This document shows, piece by piece, positions 1-8,045 of a stretch of 19,093 nucleotides of DNA. The position numbers were made by a program, and so were the translations under genes. Numbering within the stretch: the first letter of the stretch is position 1; the number at the start of each line of letters is the position of its first letter. The stretch comes from a virus. The stretch lies in the UHGV virus genome UHGV-0806601; one strand, 5' to 3'. Under the pieces are notes generated by a model that did not search any database, had not been told where the DNA came from, and saw only the letters and a list, made by a program, of their open reading frames with translations.

Positions 1-1
1 C

Positions 2-1180
2 CTGGGCGAATCCGACGCTCCTGGCTCCGTGAACGCCTCTGTGGGCAAATGGCAGCCAGTCCTGATCGACATGGCCAAACGTCTGGCTCCGGTCAACATC
101 GCGATGGACTTCTTCGGCGTTCAGCCGCTGTCTGGTCCTGACGGTCAGATCTTCGCACTGCGTGCTCGCCAAGGTGTTGCAGACGGTTCCAACACTGCAC
201 AGTCCCGTAAAGAACTGTTCATGCAGGAAGCTGATTCTGGCTATTCTGGTGACGGCACTGCTCAGGCTGGCGACCCATCTGGCTTTACCCAGACTGAGAT
301 CGAAGGTTCCGGCGCTGCTACCACCACCATCGGTAAAGGCATGCCATCTACCGACGCTGAACTGCTGGGCACCACCACCAACCCATGGGCACGTGTCGGT
401 ATCACCGTTCAGAAAGCAACCGTGACTGCGAAGTCTCGCGGCCTGTACGCTGACTACAGCCACGAACTGCGCCAGGACATGATGGCGATCCACGGCGAAG
501 ACGTTGACAGCATCCTGTCCGACGTGATGGTAACTGAAATTCAGGCAGAGATGAACCGTGAGTTTATCCGCACCATGAACTTCAGCGCAGTACGATTCAA
601 AAAATTCGGCACCAACGGTATCGTAGACATCTCCACTGACATCTCCGGTCGTTGGGCGCTGGAAAAATGGAAGTACATGACTTTCATGCTGGAAGTTGAA
701 GCGAACGGCATCGGTGTTGACACCCGTCGTGGTAAAGGCAACCGTGTTCTGTGCTCTCCGAACGTAGCATCCGCTCTGGCGATGTCCGGCATGCTGGATT
801 ATGCTCCGGCGCTGCAGGAAAACACCAAGCTGGCGATTGATCCGACTGGCCAAACCTTCGCTGGTGTGCTGTCTAACGGTATGCGTGTCTACATCGACCC
901 GTATGCAGTAGCAGAATACATCACCCTGGCATACAAAGGCGCAACCGCACTGGACGCTGGTATCTTCTTCGCACCGTATGTACCGCTGGAAATGTACCGC
1001 ACCCAGGGTGAAACCACCTTCGCGCCACGTATGGCGTTCAAGACCCGCTACGGGATTTGTGCTAACCCATTCGTTCAGATCCCAGCGAACCAGGATCCAC
1101 AGGTCTATGTGACTGCGGACGGTATCGCCCAGGACAGCAACGTGTACTTCCGTAAAGGGTTAATAAAAGGTTTGTTTTAA
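2..1180 (+). CDS. 23: major capsid protein, gp23-like, 5'-partial (continues upstream of the window)
   Basis: The frame is open from nt 2 with no stop before the first Met at 29. The translation matches remembered T4 gp23 blocks, e.g. FGVQPLSGPDGQIFALRA vs T4 CGVQPMNSPTGQVFALRA, and the C-terminal AGIFFAPYV...FKTRYGI..NPF region. A terminator follows. Confidence 0.9.
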   Translation: MGESDAPGSVNASVGKWQPVLIDMAKRLAPVNIAMDFFGVQPLSGPDGQIFALRARQGVADGSNTAQSRKELFMQEADSGYSGDGTAQAGDPSGFTQTEIEGSGAATTTIGKGMPSTDAELLGTTTNPWARVGITVQKATVTAKSRGLYADYSHELRQDMMAIHGEDVDSILSDVMVTEIQAEMNREFIRTMNFSAVRFKKFGTNGIVDISTDISGRWALEKWKYMTFMLEVEANGIGVDTRRGKGNRVLCSPNVASALAMSGMLDYAPALQENTKLAIDPTGQTFAGVLSNGMRVYIDPYAVAEYITLAYKGATALDAGIFFAPYVPLEMYRTQGETTFAPRMAFKTRYGICANPFVQIPANQDPQVYVTADGIAQDSNVYFRKGLIKGLF

Positions 1181-1210
1181 TAATTAAAACAATACCTTAC
1201 ACCCTAAACA

Positions 1211-1238
1211 AACCCCGCTTCGGCGGGGTTTTCTTTTG
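1211..1238 (+). terminator. rho-independent terminator after the capsid gene
   Basis: Stem CCCCGC (1213-1218), loop TTCG, stem GCGGGG (1223-1228), followed by TTTTCTTTT. Confidence 0.6.
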
Positions 1239-1284
1239 AGTCTTCTTATGTTATACTTCTGGTAAGTCAAACAGGAGAATTAAC

Positions 1285-2133
1285 ATGACGCCATATGTGT
1301 ACAGAATCAAGTCCAAGCAGGGGCATTTCTATTATGGGTGTCGATACGCCCAAGGGTGCCACCCATCCGATTTCTGGACAACCTACTTCACGTCTTCCAC
1401 GCCCGTCAAATTGCTTATCGAGGAGCACGGGGAAGACTTCTTTGAGCCAAAGATCATAAGGGTATGCCAAACTCAAGAGGAAGCCCTGAGGATAGAGAGA
1501 ACGCTTATCTCACGGTCACACAAATTGCTCGGTTGCCTCAATCAGTTTCTGTGTCGTAAAGATGGAACTCCAGTACATTTTGGAACCTTTGGTCCGCCAA
1601 GTGAAGAAACTAGGGAGAAGATAAGACAAGCTCTTCTTGGGCATAAAAACTCGGAAGAGGCAAAGGAACTCATGAGACAGAAGAAGCTGGGCACAAAGTG
1701 GGGTCAATCGCATAGAGAAGGGATCGAAAGGTACAAAGAAACCCCCAAGTATGCCGAAGTGAGGGAGAAGATCAAAATAGCCACCCAAACCCGAAAGAAA
1801 ACTCCCGAAGAATTAGCAGCAATATCTGCCAAGCTGACTGGTATAAAACGCAGTGATGAAACTCGGAGGCGTATAGCCGATGGTGTTCGCTCCGCACAAC
1901 GAGCGATACCTCTTTACATGAGGCCGCGCGCATTGTCTCTAAAAGACAAATGGGCCATGGCTGGTATGTGTTATGCATTCTGGTTGGAAAAGAAAGGTTC
2001 ATACTACACGTTTTGCACAAACCACAATAATGGCGAAAACATATCCGTATTCCGCTCTATGTACAAAATGTTTGAAGATGGATGGGTTCCTTCAATGGAC
2101 AAAGATTTTGAATCTTATATCAAGTCTGATTGA
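1285..2133 (+). mobile_element. free-standing GIY-YIG homing endonuclease (Seg-like) with C-terminal NUMOD3-type repeats
   Basis: N-terminal YVYRIKSKQGHFYYG is a GIY-(10)-YIG variant. The C-terminal half has repeated S-EE-T-R-x-K-I units (SEETREKIRQALLG, SEEAKELMRQKKLG, TPEELAAISAKLTG, SDETRRRIADGV). An AGGAGA ribosome-binding site sits 7 nt upstream of the ATG. Confidence 0.7.
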
Positions 2134-2217
2134 TTCCCCGACGCCTCTGGCTGGTTAAAGAGTTTCAAAGATTGCATGAGGGTATCATTACCCTCTCTAT
2201 TAATCGAGGAAATCGCA

Positions 2218-2418
2218 ATGAGCCTGAAAGAAGATTCTGTAAACACCACAGTCGCCAACTCCACCTTCCGTGAGTGGCACGACGTATTGTGTAAAGTCGC
2301 GAAAAGCCAGGGTGGTTCGGCCGCCGACGCCGACGCCTGGCGCGATGACTACGAAGCGGGCAAGACCCCGCGCCAGTCTTGGGAAGATGAATGGGGTTGG
2401 GAAGAACAAGAAGGATAA
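2218..2418 (+). CDS. hypothetical small acidic protein (66 aa)
   Basis: ATG at 2218 is preceded by GAGGAA. The ORF is Trp- and acidic-rich at the C-terminus (WEDEWGWEEQEG). No recognisable homology. Confidence 0.4.
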   Translation: MSLKEDSVNTTVANSTFREWHDVLCKVAKSQGGSAADADAWRDDYEAGKTPRQSWEDEWGWEEQEG

Positions 2419-2430
2419 CAGTTTTCAATA

Positions 2431-2457
2431 ACGGGGCGAGAGGTATTATTGCCCCGT
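2431..2457 (+). promoter_or_regulatory. intergenic stem-loop (ACGGGGC ... GCCCCGT)
   Basis: A 7-bp GC-rich inverted repeat with a 13-nt loop lies just upstream of the 2479 start codon. It could be a terminator or an RNA processing or regulatory hairpin. Confidence 0.35.
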
Positions 2458-2478
2458 CTACTATCCGAGGGTTGTACC

Positions 2479-2703
2479 ATGTACTTGAAAAAGATCGTGA
2501 AGAAGCCGAAAGCCGGTGTTGCCGAGGTGTGCCTCATCGAGGTTTACGTTGATTCTTGTAACAATGAGCAGTGTTACTTCATGGTCGACACGATGGTGTA
2601 TGTGCCAGCCTCTCACCTGAACCGTGATTTCGTCACAACCGAAAATGTCGTCCGCTGGGAGATTGCAACGCAGTCCGATATCGACGAACACAACATTCTT
2701 TGA
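2479..2703 (+). CDS. hypothetical protein (74 aa)
   Basis: ATG at 2479 with GAGGG upstream; compact spacing with its neighbours. Confidence 0.4.
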   Translation: MYLKKIVKKPKAGVAEVCLIEVYVDSCNNEQCYFMVDTMVYVPASHLNRDFVTTENVVRWEIATQSDIDEHNIL

Positions 2704-2720
2704 AAGGAAGGATCTATATC

Positions 2721-3164
2721 ATGTGTGACAAGAATTTCATTTTCATTAGTCCCGCCAAGAAACAGTTCTTCCGTAGCTCCGTTGGGGACAAGGCGGAAGG
2801 TTTCCGTAAATTCAAAGATTATCGCCTGGCATGCGGTGATGTTGATTTTCAGAGTTTCGACAATGATCGCCAGGATTTGAACGATGAGGGTTGGACAGAA
2901 GTTCCATCCCCACAGTTTATCGATGTCAAGCTGTACTACATGAAGGACAATGGGAAGTATTATTCAGAGGGTGTGATCAAAATCAACCGTGGGGAGGCCG
3001 AGGCCGAACCTGCTAAGTCCTGGATGGAGACTATGGATAAAATCCGCTATCTGCTTGACTCAGGCAATTTGCCTGGTTTGGTTAAAGGTGCCCAGTACGA
3101 GGTCTTCGTGACCGGAGAAGGGCATCCAGGTGGGTATCCGGCGGCATTCCGCATTAACAACTGA
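2721..3164 (+). CDS. hypothetical protein (147 aa)
   Basis: ATG at 2721 preceded by GGAAGG. The ORF track places an alternative TTG start at 2700. No homology recognised. Confidence 0.5.
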   Translation: MCDKNFIFISPAKKQFFRSSVGDKAEGFRKFKDYRLACGDVDFQSFDNDRQDLNDEGWTEVPSPQFIDVKLYYMKDNGKYYSEGVIKINRGEAEAEPAKSWMETMDKIRYLLDSGNLPGLVKGAQYEVFVTGEGHPGGYPAAFRINN

Positions 3165-3172
3165 GGTCAAAC

Positions 3173-3409
3173 ATGATTATCAAAAAGATCGGCGCAAGTC
3201 CTCTCACTGGTACTATATTCCAGGGCAGGTTGAACACCAAAACCAGCATGTGGGTTGGTGAGAAGACTGACGTGACAGATGACTGCGTGGCAGCTGTGGC
3301 TGAACATTTGCGTCACATCAAGAAAGACTATTGCTTCCCAACGACGGATGGTAAGTTTCTGGTGCTGAGCGCCGAGGTTCACGACACCCTTCCTGATCGC
3401 TTCAAATAA
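3173..3409 (+). CDS. hypothetical protein (78 aa)
   Basis: ATG preceded by GAGG; tightly packed 8 nt after the upstream stop. Confidence 0.45.
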   Translation: MIIKKIGASPLTGTIFQGRLNTKTSMWVGEKTDVTDDCVAAVAEHLRHIKKDYCFPTTDGKFLVLSAEVHDTLPDRFK

Positions 3410-3429
3410 ATTTTAAATTTATTCAATAA

Positions 3430-3458
3430 ACGGGGTTTACTTCTTCAATAAACCCCGT
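3430..3458 (+). promoter_or_regulatory. intergenic stem-loop (ACGGGGTTTA ... TAAACCCCGT)
   Basis: A perfect 10-bp inverted repeat with a 9-nt loop. The flanks are AT-rich, but there is no clean T-tract on the plus strand. Confidence 0.4.
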
Positions 3459-3512
3459 ATACTTCATTCCATAAGCAGCACAACACTGACTCTGAAATGA
3501 AGGAACTACACC

Positions 3513-3794
3513 ATGAAAACTAAAGCGCAATTGACTGAAGCCCTGAACGCTGGTACTATCACCCACTCTCGTTACAAAGTAACATTGCAGCAATTTGTTG
3601 GTATGGCCGTCAGAAATGCCAAATTCACCCCAATCTCTTCCCCTGAAAAATTTCCAGTTAAGGCCAGCCAGCCGAAGTTTTCGGTAGTTTGCCAGGGTGA
3701 AGAAATCACCGCTCTGTGGGAATATGATAACATGTATTTTGAATGTTCTGACGGCGTGTTAGCATACCATGTGGAAGGTGAGCATTTGTTCTAA
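3513..3794 (+). CDS. hypothetical protein (93 aa)
   Basis: ATG preceded by AGGAA; no homology recognised. Confidence 0.45.
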   Translation: MKTKAQLTEALNAGTITHSRYKVTLQQFVGMAVRNAKFTPISSPEKFPVKASQPKFSVVCQGEEITALWEYDNMYFECSDGVLAYHVEGEHLF

Positions 3795-3853
3795 ACCTTT
3801 GAACAGGGTATGTTAACCGCATACCCTATCCCCTACAAATAGAGGACTTTATC

Positions 3854-4174
3854 ATGGCTAACAGCATCCCGATTTTAGAAGCGGTCGTAAAGGAGAACCC
3901 TCGTGCGCGCAAATCACGTCGCTGCCTGACCACCAAACTGGATATTCTGAAACAGAAGTTCGGCGACCACAGCGTGTTCACTCGCATTCGCAATGCATTA
4001 AAGGAAGGGCGAACTGAGCTGGAACTATATCGACCGAACGGTTCGACACGCGCGTATCAGACCACTGACGGCTTACTGGAACTGATCCGCCTGAGCGGGA
4101 TGACGATCGAACCTCGTTCGTCAGGCACTCCTCTGTGCTCCCTGTACGTAATCGGCAATCTTGGGGCGCTGTGA
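3854..4174 (+). CDS. hypothetical basic protein (106 aa)
   Basis: ATG preceded by GAGGA. The N-terminus is Arg/Lys-rich (PRARKSRR). Confidence 0.45.
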   Translation: MANSIPILEAVVKENPRARKSRRCLTTKLDILKQKFGDHSVFTRIRNALKEGRTELELYRPNGSTRAYQTTDGLLELIRLSGMTIEPRSSGTPLCSLYVIGNLGAL

Positions 4175-4178
4175 TTCT

Positions 4179-4601
4179 ATGAAGAAGTATATCGTTCTCA
4201 TTACGGGTTCCCGCTCAATCACCGAGCGGGATAAGGTATTCGCCAAGCTGGACGAACTCCTCGATCCTCATGAAGTCTATACGTTGATCGAGGGTGAGGC
4301 CACGGGTGTCGACACGATTTGCCGTGATTGGGCTGAAATCAATTATGTTCATATCACTCCTATGCCAATACCTCCGAGCTATTATGAAAAGTATGGGAAA
4401 GGGATGGGTAACAAACGCAATCAGGATATGTTAGACAAGGCATTGGATCTCGTCAGGCAGACCAAGCTGGAAGTGTATCCGATTGCGATGTGGGATGGTT
4501 CGTCCACTGGCACCCTGGACATGATCAACCGTTGCAAGAAAGCTGGCCTCCCTGTGGATATCACTCTAATGGGTAAGCCGAAGACCAAGCGCCTTTTGTA
4601 A
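4179..4601 (+). CDS. Rossmann-like protein with DprA/Smf-LOG (SLOG)-type motifs
   Basis: IVLITGSRS followed by LIEGEATGVDTICRDWA resembles the DprA/Smf pattern remembered as ..VGSR.. then ..SGLA.GID..AH.. This is motif-level resemblance only. Confidence 0.4.
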   Translation: MKKYIVLITGSRSITERDKVFAKLDELLDPHEVYTLIEGEATGVDTICRDWAEINYVHITPMPIPPSYYEKYGKGMGNKRNQDMLDKALDLVRQTKLEVYPIAMWDGSSTGTLDMINRCKKAGLPVDITLMGKPKTKRLL

Positions 4602-4642
4602 CATACCATAAATAATTTGAGTATACACAGCGGAGATACATC

Positions 4643-4813
4643 ATGTTTGTCGTCATCAATCTGTTCTGCTATATCTTCACGGCGTACTTCTTGGGTGCGG
4701 TAGGGATCGAGACCTACAATGACCTGAAGGATGGGGAATACGCCAACCGAATGGTTTATGTTAAGAAGTTTGTTCGTAAGTTCTGGTCCAACTTCGTTTA
4801 CAAACTACCATGA
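4643..4813 (+). CDS. small predicted membrane protein (56 aa; below the ORF-track length cutoff)
   Basis: ATG at 4643 with GGAGA 6 nt upstream. The N-terminal hydrophobic stretch FVVINLFCYIFTAYFLGAVGI is consistent with one transmembrane helix. Translated by hand. Confidence 0.4.
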   Translation: MFVVINLFCYIFTAYFLGAVGIETYNDLKDGEYANRMVYVKKFVRKFWSNFVYKLP

Positions 4814-4818
4814 TCCCT

Positions 4819-4850
4819 AAATACCCCCATCATCCATGGGGGTATTTTCT
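4819..4850 (+). terminator. strong rho-independent terminator
   Basis: A perfect 12-bp inverted repeat, AAATACCCCCAT (4819-4830) and ATGGGGGTATTT (4836-4847), with loop CATCC, followed by TTCTT. Confidence 0.6.
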
Positions 4851-4851
4851 T

Positions 4852-5580
4852 ATGAACGCACAGATCTATGACGCCCTATCGCAGGGCAACGCCTTTACCA
4901 ATCCTCTCCCGTCCCTCAGCAGCGCCTCACAGGGGTTAATCACCAGTGGTAAGGCGACTACAGCGTCACTGGCTAACACCGGAAATGCGCAGATTCAGGA
5001 AGCGCTGACGGCAGGTGGGTTAACTACAGCCAAACTCAACGAATCTACAGCAATGTTCAACTCAGCCAACGACAGCATCACTACTTTGAACAACTATGGC
5101 TACCAGTCAGTGAACGAGGCATATTCCCGCATCGGTACATCTGTGTCGTATAAGTCCGCCCTGAAGTCTATAGGTCGAGAACCGAACAACTGTGATCTGA
5201 TCAATAATGCATTTGGGGTTATTCAGAACCTCGGCAAACAGTGGATCAACACCATGCAAAGTGTTCTCACAACTATCACAAACAAGATGAATGAGCTGGC
5301 TGAGTTGGTAGCTCAGGGTGTCAGTGCTGGTCTTGATGCTATTCGGGCACTGGCTGCTGAAGTTACTCAAGCCATCGACACTGCTGTCGCATCAGTAGCC
5401 TCTATTGCTCAGGACATCACGAACGGTATTGCAGCAGAGTTAGCCCATATCCAAGACATGGTTGGTAAGTGTCTTAACTTCTCTTTCGCCAACGTGATCT
5501 CAGAGTGGGCGAAAGATATCTGCGCCGGAGGTGTCATCAACAGCATCGGTTCCGATAATCTGAAGAACGCGCTGAAGTAA
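4852..5580 (+). CDS. Ala/Ser/Thr-rich hypothetical protein (242 aa)
   Basis: The ORF-track start at 4810 would place the terminator hairpin inside the coding sequence, so the ATG at 4852 (MNAQIYD...) is preferred. Low-complexity A/S/T/N/G-rich sequence. Confidence 0.5.
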   Translation: MNAQIYDALSQGNAFTNPLPSLSSASQGLITSGKATTASLANTGNAQIQEALTAGGLTTAKLNESTAMFNSANDSITTLNNYGYQSVNEAYSRIGTSVSYKSALKSIGREPNNCDLINNAFGVIQNLGKQWINTMQSVLTTITNKMNELAELVAQGVSAGLDAIRALAAEVTQAIDTAVASVASIAQDITNGIAAELAHIQDMVGKCLNFSFANVISEWAKDICAGGVINSIGSDNLKNALK

Positions 5581-5583
5581 TCA

Positions 5584-6060
5584 GTGCTCCCGCGCCGGAA
5601 GAACTCCCACTGGTTCGATGCCATCCAACAGCAGGGAGTTCACACCCACATTACTCAGTCTGATCAAGATCGTTCCTCCTGGGTTAACTTCAAAGATACT
5701 CATCCCATTTCCAACCGCGTCGTTGTTAACGAACACACCCTGAGTTGCGATTCGTACTGGTTTATCTGAGTCATTCATGATCTTGAACGTCACGATTATA
5801 TCTGATGTTGTATCCAGTCGCCCAACCATGTGTTGCTTCAGCTTGGCATGGAATGATGGATTAAAGGTGATAATGATGCTATTGTTCTGAGAGTAATAAA
5901 TACTTGCTGATAGGTATGGAATCTTCCCTTCATCACCACGCCGCAGGAGAGGAATTGTGGTCTTCCAGTATGGCTTGAGGGTGCTCATGTTCTCATCAAA
6001 GCAACCTAAAGGTACGAGCTTCTGGAAGGGCTGGAACTCTTGCACGATGATGTCCAGCAT
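5584..6060 (-). CDS. hypothetical protein (about 159 aa; alternative start at 5988 gives 135 aa)
   Basis: This is the only sizeable ORF covering 5584-5956. The N-terminal part of the 271-aa track ORF is antisense to the plus-strand gene starting at 6260 and looks non-protein-like, so the start is trimmed. Ribosome-binding sites are weak at both candidate starts. Confidence 0.4.
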
Positions 6061-6259
6061 ACCCTTGTTACAAGTGGGAACGCTGGCCGACAACGTAACA
6101 GGTACAGTGCGCACTTCTGGGTTCCAGAGTTCGGAAACAGAAATTATTGGCGTGACAAAGATGCGACAGCTCGTAAACAAGAGCATCGAGCATGCCAACA
6201 ACAATCTACTGATCCCGCGCATCAGGGTCACAACATATCTCCACAGTAAAGGTGCTATT

Positions 6260-6760
6260 ATGTCCAACGTACAATTTAAGAACGAAAACCCTAATTTCGC
6301 GGCGTCCGATAAGTGGCGTCTGACCATCGGAGACCTTGTACTCCTAACCCGTAACATCCACGACTTCAGTATACCAGGAGTGTACTCTGAAGGCATCGAT
6401 GGTCCGTCTCCTGGCGACGTACTGGTTTCTATCCCTTCAGAGCGTTTAACCTATGACCCCGTCGTATTTACTTTCGTTATAGACGAGGACTGGAAATCAT
6501 GGTTACAGATCCACCAATGGATTACCAGCAACGTCGGCAAGGATTTGCCTGTCAGCAAGGACATTACCATTGAATTGCTGGATAACCTCAACCGACCGAT
6601 TGGCCTCACTCTCGTGCTGGAGGAAGCCCGTCCGACTGCTCTGGACAACGTACTGGTGGATGTGGACGCGGCTGTACCTCAGCTGGTGACGACAGTGACG
6701 TTCAAGTTCCAACAGCTGGTTCCACTATCTGGTGGGAAGGTGATTGATTCTAATCCATGA
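6260..6760 (+). CDS. hypothetical protein (167 aa)
   Basis: ATG at 6260 preceded by AGGTG. The upstream part of track ORF 5957..6760 overlaps the divergent region and looks non-coding. Confidence 0.5.
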   Translation: MSNVQFKNENPNFAASDKWRLTIGDLVLLTRNIHDFSIPGVYSEGIDGPSPGDVLVSIPSERLTYDPVVFTFVIDEDWKSWLQIHQWITSNVGKDLPVSKDITIELLDNLNRPIGLTLVLEEARPTALDNVLVDVDAAVPQLVTTVTFKFQQLVPLSGGKVIDSNP

Positions 6761-6773
6761 AATACGGTATAAT
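6744..6773 (+). promoter_or_regulatory. candidate sigma70-type promoter upstream of uvsY
   Basis: TTGATT (6744-6749), an 18-nt spacer, then TATAAT (6768-6773), about 30 nt upstream of the uvsY ATG. Confidence 0.3.
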
Positions 6774-6802
6774 TCTATGACATTGACAAGCTGGGATATT
6801 TT

Positions 6803-7255
6803 ATGAAAGAACAACTACAGACAATGGCAACCGAGGACATCATGAACGAACTGGAGCCGCTGATCACAGTGGACCCAGAAGACATGAACCTTGACCAGAT
6901 CTCGCTGAAAATCGGGCGCTCTTGGATGGCTGTGCAGCGGCATTATCTGCGCGAGGGACGTTATCTTGAATTTCTCAACGGGCGCTTCCGCCAGATCGAT
7001 CTCTATCTGCGCCGCTACTATGCAGGGGAGTTACCCCCTAACATCTACGCAGAGCGCCCCCTGAAGGTTCGCCCCCTGAAGTCTGACCTGGATACATGGG
7101 TCAAAGCAGACGATGACTATGTGGAGTTGTCTGTTCTGTTACAAGAACAAAAAGCAAAAGTCAAGTTCATAGAGACTTGTTTGGATCGCCTGAACAAACT
7201 GGGATACGAAGTGAAAAATGCTATTGAGTGGAGAAAATATATTGATGGTGTATAA
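6803..7255 (+). CDS. uvsY: UvsY-like recombination mediator
   Basis: 150 aa, with size and architecture similar to T4 UvsY as remembered (YYAGE... region vs T4 YYSGR...). Lies next to uvsW as in T4. Confidence 0.6.
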   Translation: MKEQLQTMATEDIMNELEPLITVDPEDMNLDQISLKIGRSWMAVQRHYLREGRYLEFLNGRFRQIDLYLRRYYAGELPPNIYAERPLKVRPLKSDLDTWVKADDDYVELSVLLQEQKAKVKFIETCLDRLNKLGYEVKNAIEWRKYIDGV

Positions 7256-7270
7256 CGAGGATCACACATA

Positions 7271-8017
7271 ATGGCATCTCTCCAGGATCTACGCAAGCTG
7301 AATGACTTCGAAAACCGTCATTACACATTCCAGCAATACGAACTTCCTCATAAGGAACTGGAGTGTGTTACGACGGAGAACGGTCGTCATTACGTTTCAC
7401 CGTCTGGTGTTAAACTGACATCCGTCACGACTATGCTGGGACGCACTGGAGATCATGAATGGCTTGAGTCTTGGAGGAAGAAGCTGGGCGCAGAGGCTGC
7501 TGATCTTGAGACTATGCGCTGTGCTGACCGAGGGGAGAAGCTGCACCTTGCGTGTGAACTGTATCTAAAGAACCGCCCAATGAAAGAAGTGTTGGAAGCG
7601 GCTGGCGAATACATGTTCATGTTCAAGCAGCTGTTCCCTTACCTGAACAAGATGACAAAGATCTATGCTCAGGAGATCCCATTATATAGCGAGGTGCTTG
7701 GTCTTGCAGGCCGTGTAGACCTTATCGGGGTTTATGAGGGTAAACCTGCTGTCATCGACTTCAAGACATCGAACACCATGAAGACGCGGGGCATGATCGA
7801 GGATTACAGTATCCAGCTATGCTTATATTCGGTCATGTTCCAGCAGATGTTCGGCGTCAAGATCACCCGCCTCATCAACGTGATCGCCAACGAGTCTTCC
7901 CCTCTACCAACCGTCATTGAGTTCAACCGTGATGACATTCTGACAAAGATGTTTGAGCGTGTTCGTCTGTATCATCGCATGGATAAAGAACAAAACGGAG
8001 TCTGGCCGAATCACTAA
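7271..8017 (+). CDS. PD-(D/E)xK nuclease (RecB/Cas4-like)
   Basis: Motifs in order: GRVDLIG (motif II Asp), VIDFKTS (D/E-x-K) and QLCLY (Q-x-x-x-Y), the classic RecB-family nuclease core. Confidence 0.55.
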   Translation: MASLQDLRKLNDFENRHYTFQQYELPHKELECVTTENGRHYVSPSGVKLTSVTTMLGRTGDHEWLESWRKKLGAEAADLETMRCADRGEKLHLACELYLKNRPMKEVLEAAGEYMFMFKQLFPYLNKMTKIYAQEIPLYSEVLGLAGRVDLIGVYEGKPAVIDFKTSNTMKTRGMIEDYSIQLCLYSVMFQQMFGVKITRLINVIANESSPLPTVIEFNRDDILTKMFERVRLYHRMDKEQNGVWPNH

Positions 8018-8045
8018 ATACCCCATAATCCTTGGGAGATTTTGT

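Noticed and set aside
162-425. 87-aa ORF in an alternate frame inside the capsid gene
   Set aside because: Fully nested in the gp23 coding frame, Pro/Leu-rich and non-protein-like; an overlap artefact.
5957-6259. N-terminal 101 codons of track ORF 5957..6760
   Set aside because: No ribosome-binding site at 5957 and the sequence is non-protein-like. The ATG at 6260 with AGGTG is the likely start.
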